A stretch of 64,000 nt of DNA, from NCBI GenBank assembly GCA_009914755.4, contig CP068257.2, forward strand, positions 5,792,001 through 5,856,000. The letters run 5' to 3'. The DNA comes from the human T2T-CHM13v2.0 reference genome, Homo sapiens. Made by a program: the position numbers and the translations under genes. Under the pieces are notes generated by a model. That model saw only the letters and a program-made list of their open reading frames with translations. It did no database searches and was not told where the DNA came from. Positions 56,401 to 64,000 of the stretch are shown one piece after another. How positions within the stretch are numbered: position 1 is the stretch's first letter; each line of letters starts with the position of its first letter.

Positions 56401-58900
56401 CTGCACTCCAATACACTCCATTCCATTCCTTTCCATTCCATTCAGTTCCTTTCCTCTCCATTCCTTTCCAATCCATTCCATTGCACTCCACACCACTCCA
56501 CTGCATTCCACTCCAGTCCCCTCCATTTTACCCCCCTCCATTCCATTCCACTCCACTCCACGCTCCTCTAATCTACTCCACTCCATTCCATTCCACCCCA
56601 CACCGTTTTATTCCTATCCACTCCAGTTTATTTCTCTCCACTCCATTCCATTCCACTCAATTCCTTTCTATTCCACTCCCATCTATTCCATTCCATTCCA
56701 TTCCATTCAATTCCCTTACTTTCCAGTCCATTTCATTCCATTCCTCTCCACTCCATTCCACTCCATTCCATTCCTTTCCTTTCCATTCCATTACATTCCA
56801 TTGCAGTTCATTCCATTCCATTGCAATCCAATTCATTTAACTGCTCTCCATTCCACTACATTCCATTCCACTCCACTCCACTCCACTCCATTCCACTCCA
56901 ATCCAATCCATTGAATTCCAATCCATTCCATTCCACTCCACTCCACTCCATTGCATTCCACTTGACTCCACTTCACTCCACTCCATTCCATTCCATTCCT
57001 TTCCATTCGATAACTGTCTACTCCATTCCTTTCCAATTCATTCCATTTCACTCCATTCGATTCTGCTCCACTCCACTCCCTTCCACTCCATTCCACTCCA
57101 TTGTACTCCATTCCATTCCATTCCACTCCAAAACATCCCATTCCACTCCTCTCAATTTCACTCCACTCCATTGCATTCCACTCCATTCCACTCCACTGCC
57201 CTCCGTTACACTGCACTCCATTCAATTCCTTTCCACTCCACTGCTCTCCAGCGCACTCCACTCCACTCCATTCCACTACGCTGTGCTCCACTCGACTTCG
57301 TCTATCTCCACTCCATTCACTTCCATTCCATTCCACAGCACTCCACTCCACTCCACTGCATTCCATTTCACACCACTCCATTCTATCCCTTTCCATTCCA
57401 TTCCATTCCATTCCAATTCTCTCCATTCCATTCCATACCATTCCACTCCACTCCACTCTACTCCATATCCCACCATTCCACTCCATTCCATTTCATGTCA
57501 TTCCAGTTCATTCCACTCCACTCCATTCCAATCTACTCCATTTCATTCCATTGCATTCCACTCCATTGCATTCCACTCCACTCCATTCCATTCCACTCCA
57601 TTGCATTCCACTCCACTCCATGCCATTCCACTACATTCCACTCCACTCCACTCCATTCCATTCCACTCCATTCCACTCCACTCCACTCCATTCCTTCCTA
57701 CTCCATTCCATTCCACTACACTCCATTCCATTCACTCCATTTCATTCCACTCCATTACACTCCACAGCAGTCCACTCTTCTCCACTCCACCCCATTCAGT
57801 TCCAGTCCACTTCTTGCCATTCCATTCAATTCCACTCCTCTCCACTCCACTCCACTTCATTCCATTCTACTCCATTACACTCAATTCTACTACGTTCCAC
57901 TCCACTCCATTCCATTCCCCTCCATTCCATCCACTCAACTCTATTCAACTGCACTCCATTGCATTCCTCTCCAATACACTCTACTCCTCTCCATTCCGTT
58001 TTATTGCATTCCATTCCACTCCACTCCACTCCATTCCATTCCACTCAATTCCAATTAAATCCATCCCATTGCATTGCATTCCATTCCATTCCACTCCGCT
58101 CCATTCTACTCCACTCCACTCCACTCCATTCCATTCCAATCGATTACACTCCATCCCAATCCACTCCACTCCATTCCATTCCACTCCACTCCATTACACT
58201 CCACTCCATTACTTTTCATTCCTTTTCACTACACTCCAATCCAATGAACTCCACTCCATACTATTTCATTGCATCCCGTTCCACTCTACTGCATTCCATT
58301 CCACTCCATTCCACTCCACTCCACTCGTTTCCTCTCCATTCCACTCCATTCCAGTCCACTCTGATCCATTCCATTCCATTTAATTCCATTCCATTCCGTT
58401 CCACTCCATGCCATTCCATTCCTCTCCTCTCCCCTCCATTCCACTCCATCCACTCCATTCCACTCCACTCCATTCCACTCCATTCCATTCCACTCCACTC
58501 TAATCCATTCCACTCCACTCTACTCCAAACTATTCCATTGCATTGCATTCCATTGCATTCCATTCCATTTCATTCCATTCCATTCCATTCCATTATATTG
58601 CATTGCATTTCACGCCTTTCCAGTCCACCTCTCTCCACTCCATTCCACTCCATTCCACTCCATTCCATTCCATTCGACTCCATTCCATTCCATTACACTC
58701 CATTACACTCCGCTCCATTCCACTCAACCCCATTAAACCCCATTCCACTAGACTCCACTCTATTCCATTCCTTTCCACTCCATTCAATTCCATTCTATTC
58801 CACTCAACTCCATTCCATTCTATTTCAACCTAACCCCATTCATTCAACTCTATTCCATTCCATTCTATACCATTCCATTCCATTACATTCAAGTACACTC

Positions 58901-58980
58901 CATTTCATTCCATTCCATTAAAGTCGATCCCATACCACTCCATTTCATTCCATTCCATTAAAGTCGATCCCATACCACTC
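58901..58980. repeat. Exact 40 bp tandem duplication of a diverged unit within the satellite
   Basis: catttcattccattccattaaagtcgatcccataccactc occurs twice consecutively, at 58901-58940 and 58941-58980. Confidence 0.85.
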
Positions 58981-61900
58981 CACTCCATTCCATTCCACTC
59001 TACTCCTTCCACTCCATTCCACTCGATTGCACTCGATTCCATTCCACTCCACTCCATTCAATGAAACGCCAATCTTCTCCACACTATTCCATTCCATTCC
59101 ACTACATTCCATTCCACTCCATTCCATTCAGCAACACTCCATTCCATTCCACTCCAGTCCATTCCATTCCTCTCCACTCCATTCCATTCCACTCCACTCT
59201 ACTCCAAACTGTTCAATTCTATTCCATTCTATTCCATAACATTCCATTCCACTCCATTCAATTCCACAATTCTGTATTCCATTCCACTCCATTTCACTTC
59301 ACTCCACTCATTTCTACTACACTCCATTCCATTCCTCACAAGTCCACTCCACTACACCCCACTCCTTTCCATTTCACTCCATTCCAATCCACTCCACTCC
59401 ACTGCACTCCACTCTACTCCATTCCATTCCATTCGATTACACTCCATTCCATTCAACTCCTCTCCATTCCATTCGACTCCACTCCTCTCCACTCCACTCA
59501 ATTCAACTCCCTTCCATTCCACTACACTTCACTCCAGTGCACTCCACTCCATTCTACTCCACTCCTTTCCATTCTGTCCCATTTCATTCCACTCCTTTCC
59601 TTTCCATTATATTGTATTCCACTGCACGCTTTTGCATTCTACTCAACTCCAATCCATTCCACTCCATTCCACTACATTTCATTCCTTTCGACTCCATTCC
59701 ATTTCACTGCACTCCATTACACTCCACTCCATTCCTCTCCAATCCACTCCACTTCATTCCTCTAGACTCCACTCCAGTCCATTCCTTTCCACTCCTTTCC
59801 ATTCCATTCCACTCCACTCCATGCCATTCTTTTCCACCCCAAACCATTTCATTCAACTCTCTTCCATTCAATTCCATACCATTCCATTCCATTCCTTTCA
59901 AGTCCACTTCATTTCATTCAAATGCATTAAAATCCATTCTATTCAACTCCACTCCACTCCATTCCACTCCAATCCATTCCACACCATTCCATTCCACTCC
60001 ACTCCTCTCAATTCCACTCCACTCTTCTCCACACTATTCCATTCCATTCCTCTACATTCCATTCCACTCCATTCCATTCCACTCCATTCCATTCAACAAC
60101 ACTCCATTCCATTCCACTACATTCTATTCCAATCTACTGCACTCCACTCCATTCCACTACACTCCATTCTACTCCAATCCACTCCCATTCACTCCAGCAC
60201 ACTCCATTCCACTCCGCTACTATCCACTCCAATACATTCCACTCCATTCCATTCCATTCCATTCCCTTTCACTCCATTCCATTCCACTCTTCTCCATTCC
60301 ACTCCATTCCATTACACTGCACTAGACTCCGCTGCACTCCACTCAGTTCCATTCCATTCCATCCCTTTCCACTCCACTCCATTCCATTGCACTCCCTTCC
60401 AATCTACTCCACTCCATTCCACTCCATTCCACTCCTTTAAATTCCACTGCTTTCCATTCCATTCCACTCCAGTCCACTCCATTAAACTCAATTCCATTCA
60501 TCTCCATTCCATTCGATTCCTCTCCACTCCTTTACATTTCATTCCATTGCACTCTATTCCATTCCATTCTATTCCATTCCATTCCTTTCCCATCGATTCG
60601 ATTCGATTCCATTCCATTCTATTCCATTCCATTCCACTCCACAACCCTCTAATCCACTCCAGTGCATTCCAATCCACTCAACAGCACTCCATTCCATTCC
60701 ACTCCTTTCCATTCATTTTCTCTCCACTCCACACCCCTGCACTCCATTCCATTCCACTCCATTCCATTCCACTCCCATCCACTCAATTTTATTCCACTCC
60801 ACTGCATTATATTCCACTCCATTCTACTACATTACTTTCCCCTTCACTCCATTATATTCCACACCACTGCATTTTATACCTCTCCAATCAACTCCATTCC
60901 ACTCCACTTCAATCCTCTCCACTCCATTGAACTCCAAGCCACTGCATTCCAATCCATTGCATTCCATGCCATTCCACTCCATTCCATTCCAATCCATTCC
61001 ATTCAATTCCACTCCACACCACTCCAATCCACTCCACTCCTGTCCATTCCAATCCACTCGATTCCATTCCATTCCATTCCATACCATTGCACCCAACTCC
61101 ACTCCACTCCATTTCATTCCGTTCCATTCCATTCCATTTTACTCCATTCAATTGCACTCCATTCGCTTCCTCTCCACTCCGTTTAATTCTGCTCTACTCC
61201 ATTCCATTCGACTCCACTCGACTCCAATCCACTCCACTCCATTCCATTTCATTTCATTCAATTTCACTCCACTATACTCTACTCACTTCCATTCCATTCC
61301 ATTCCATTCCACTCCTCTCCACTACACTCCATTCCATTCCACTCCATTCCATTCAATTCTACTCCACTCCACTCCACTCCATTTCACTCTATTCCACTCC
61401 CTTCCATTCCATTCCAATCCATTCCATTCCACTGCACCCCATTCCACTCCACTCCATTCAATTCCACTCCAATCCACTCAATTCCATACCATTCCACTCC
61501 ACTCCATTCCATCCCACTCCATTCCAGTGCACTACACTCCATTCCACTCCACTCCATTCCATTCCACTCCACTCCACCATGCTCTACTACACTCCTTTCC
61601 ACTCCACTCTACTACACTCTACTACACTCCACTCCATTCCATTCCAGTCTACTTTCCGGTCCACTCCAATCCATTCCACTAAATTCCCTTCCATTCCACT
61701 CCACTCCATTCCATTCCTCTCCCCTCCATTCAATTGAAATCCACTCGAATCACTTCCACTCCATTCCACTCCACTCCATTCCACTCCAATCCAATCCATT
61801 CCACTCCACTCCACTCAATTCCACTCCTCTCCACTGAATACCACTCCATTCCACTCCACTCCCTTCCAGAACATTCCACCTCATTCCTCTCGAATCCATT

Positions 61901-64000
61901 AAATTCCGTTTCACTCCATTCCATACCATTCATCTTCACTTTTCTCCAATCCACTCCATTCCACTCCAGTCCACTCCATTCCACTCGACTCCATTCCATA
62001 CTACTCTACTCCATTCCATTCCATTCCACTCCACTTCATTCCATTCCATTCCATTCCACTCCACTTCATTCCATTCCATTCCATTCCGTTACCATCCACT
62101 CCACTCCATTGTATTCCACTCCATTCAACTCCACTTCATTCCATTCCAATATATCCCATTCCATTCCACTGCACTCCACTCTATTCCATTCCAGTCCTCT
62201 CTATTCCTCTGTACTCCATTCCATTCCACTACACTCCATTTCATTCCTCTAAACTCCATTCCATTCCACTCCAATCCACTCCTTTCCTCTCCATTCCACC
62301 ACATTGCTTTCCAGTCCATGACAATCCATTGCATTCCACTTCTCTCCATTCTACTCCATTACACTTAATTCCATTCCATTGCACTTCACTCCATTCCCTT
62401 CCACTCCAATCCACTCCATTCCACTCTGCTCCATTCCTTTCCATTCCATTCCACTCCACTCCATTCTATTCCATTTCATTCTATGCCAGTCCACTTCATT
62501 CCATTGCACTCCACTCCACTCCATTCCATTCCATTCAACCGTATTCCAATCCACTCTATAATATTCCATTCCATTCCACTCCATTCCATTACACAAGTGT
62601 CCAATCCATTAAATTCCATTCCATTCCATTGCTTTCCACTCCATTCCATTCCATTCCACTCTATTCCATTCCATTCCACTCCACTCCATTCCACTCCATT
62701 CCACTCCACTCTATTCCACTCCATTCCACTGCACTTCATTCCATTTCATTCCACTCAACTCCATTCCATTCCTTTCCACTCCATTCCTTTCCACTCCATT
62801 CCAGTCCACTCCATGCCATTCCGCTCGACTCCACTTCTCTCCTCTCCATTCCACTTCATTCCATTACACTCCACTCCATTCTCCTTCACTCCACTGCACT
62901 CCATCCTTTTCACCCACTCCATTTCATTCAACTCCACTCCACTCATTAACACTACATTCCACTCCTCTTCATTCCATTCATCTCCATTCCACTCTACTTC
63001 ACTCCATTCCTTTCCACTCCACTCAATTGCATTCCATTCCACACCATTCCGTTACTCTCATCTCCATTCCATTCCACTCCATTCCACTCCACTCCATTCC
63101 ATTCCACACCACACCTCTCCATTCCACTCCATTCCACACCATTCCACTGCAGTCCACTCCATTCCACTCCAATCAATTCCATTCCATTCCACTCCACTCC
63201 ATTTTATTCCACTCCACTCCATTTTATTCCACTCCACTGCCTTTCATTACACTCTATTCCACTCTATGACATTCCCTTCCATTCCCCTCCATTCCATTCC
63301 ACTCCACTCCACTCCATTCCACTCCACATCATTCCATTCCATTCCTCTCTATTACATTCCATTCCACTCCATTGTATTCTATTCAATTCCCCTCCACACC
63401 CCTTAGCTACATTCCACTCCACCAGACTCCACTCCACTCCATTCCATTCCACAACACTCCACTTCAATCGACTCCATTCCACTCCTCTCAACTCTATTCC
63501 ATTCCACTAAATTCCACTGCACTCCACTCCATTTCATTCCACTGCAATCCTTCCCTTCAAACTATGCCACAGCATTCCATTACATTCCACTCCATTTCAT
63601 TCCACTCCACTCCCTTCCACTGCATTCCATTCCATTCCATCCCACTCTACAAAACTCTTCTCCATTTCACTCCATTCCATTCCATTCGTTGCCTTTCCAT
63701 TACATTCAAATCCATTCCATTCCACTCCACCCCATTCCACTCCACTCCACTACTTTCCACTCCACTCCATTCCATTCCATTCCACTCCTTTCAACTCCAC
63801 TCCATTCCATTCCTTTCCATTCCATTCCACACCATTCCATTCCACTCCACTACATTCCATTCGACTGCTCTCCCTGCCACTCCACTTCATACTTCTCCAC
63901 TCCACTCCTCTCCATTGCATTCCATTCCATTCTCCTCCATTCCATTCCATTTCTTTCCATTCCACTCCACTCCATTCCATTCCACGCAACTCCTTTCCAT

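Larger units (their letters stand above)
40031..64000. repeat. HSat3-type pericentromeric satellite array: (CATTC)n on the plus strand, equal to (GGAAT)n on the minus strand, with abundant CCACT/GGAGT variant pentamers. It is at least 24 kb and continues beyond the window end
   Basis: There is uninterrupted ccattccattccactccactccattcc... periodicity from 40031 to 64000. The plus strand is purine-poor (almost only C, A and T). Occasional cgattc HSat2-like decamers occur, for example 60593-60610. No CAACCCGAGT-type insert was noticed. Confidence 0.95.

Noticed and set aside
60593-60610. A cgattcgattcgattcc run, suggesting HSat2 rather than HSat3
   Set aside because: It is a single short patch. 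The bulk of the array is pentameric CATTC/CCACT without the 23-26 bp HSat2 periodicity, so the HSat3-type call is kept.
40031-64000. Dozens of long ORFs (up to 938 aa) on both strands, encoding HSIPFHS... and MEWNGVEW... repeats
   Set aside because: They are translations of a stop-codon-free (CATTC)n/(GGAAT)n satellite. They have no start context, no codon bias, and the same peptide in all frames. They are not genes.

Overview
This window is human (primate) nuclear DNA, not prokaryotic. Positions 1-40030 are AT-rich, gene-poor and dense with transposable elements: Alu insertions (one is a young AluYa-like copy with target-site duplications, TSDs), a 6.1 kb full-length but ORF-disrupted L1PA on the minus strand, L1 3' fragments, an SVA with a probable 5' transduction, and a Tigger-like MITE plus microsatellites. 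At 40031 the sequence switches abruptly, directly abutting an L1 ORF2 fragment, into a (CATTC)n/(GGAAT)n HSat3-type pericentromeric satellite array that runs past the window end (at least 24 kb). The array has internal structure. Its first 7.4 kb is punctuated by 17 copies of a ~60 bp antisense Alu 3'-end fragment at irregular 170-790 bp spacing, in two sequence subtypes. From 47.47 kb to the end it is unpunctuated. I can support no genuine protein-coding gene, RNA gene, CRISPR array or microbial defence system. The very long ORFs in the satellite, which translate as HSIPF... or MEWNG... peptides, are an artefact of a stop-codon-free pentamer repeat. The points most worth follow-up are the Alu-punctuated satellite sub-domain with its subtype switch, the satellite-arm junction, the SVA 5' transduction, and the possibly polymorphic AluYa insertion. 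The chromosome of origin cannot be determined from sequence alone.
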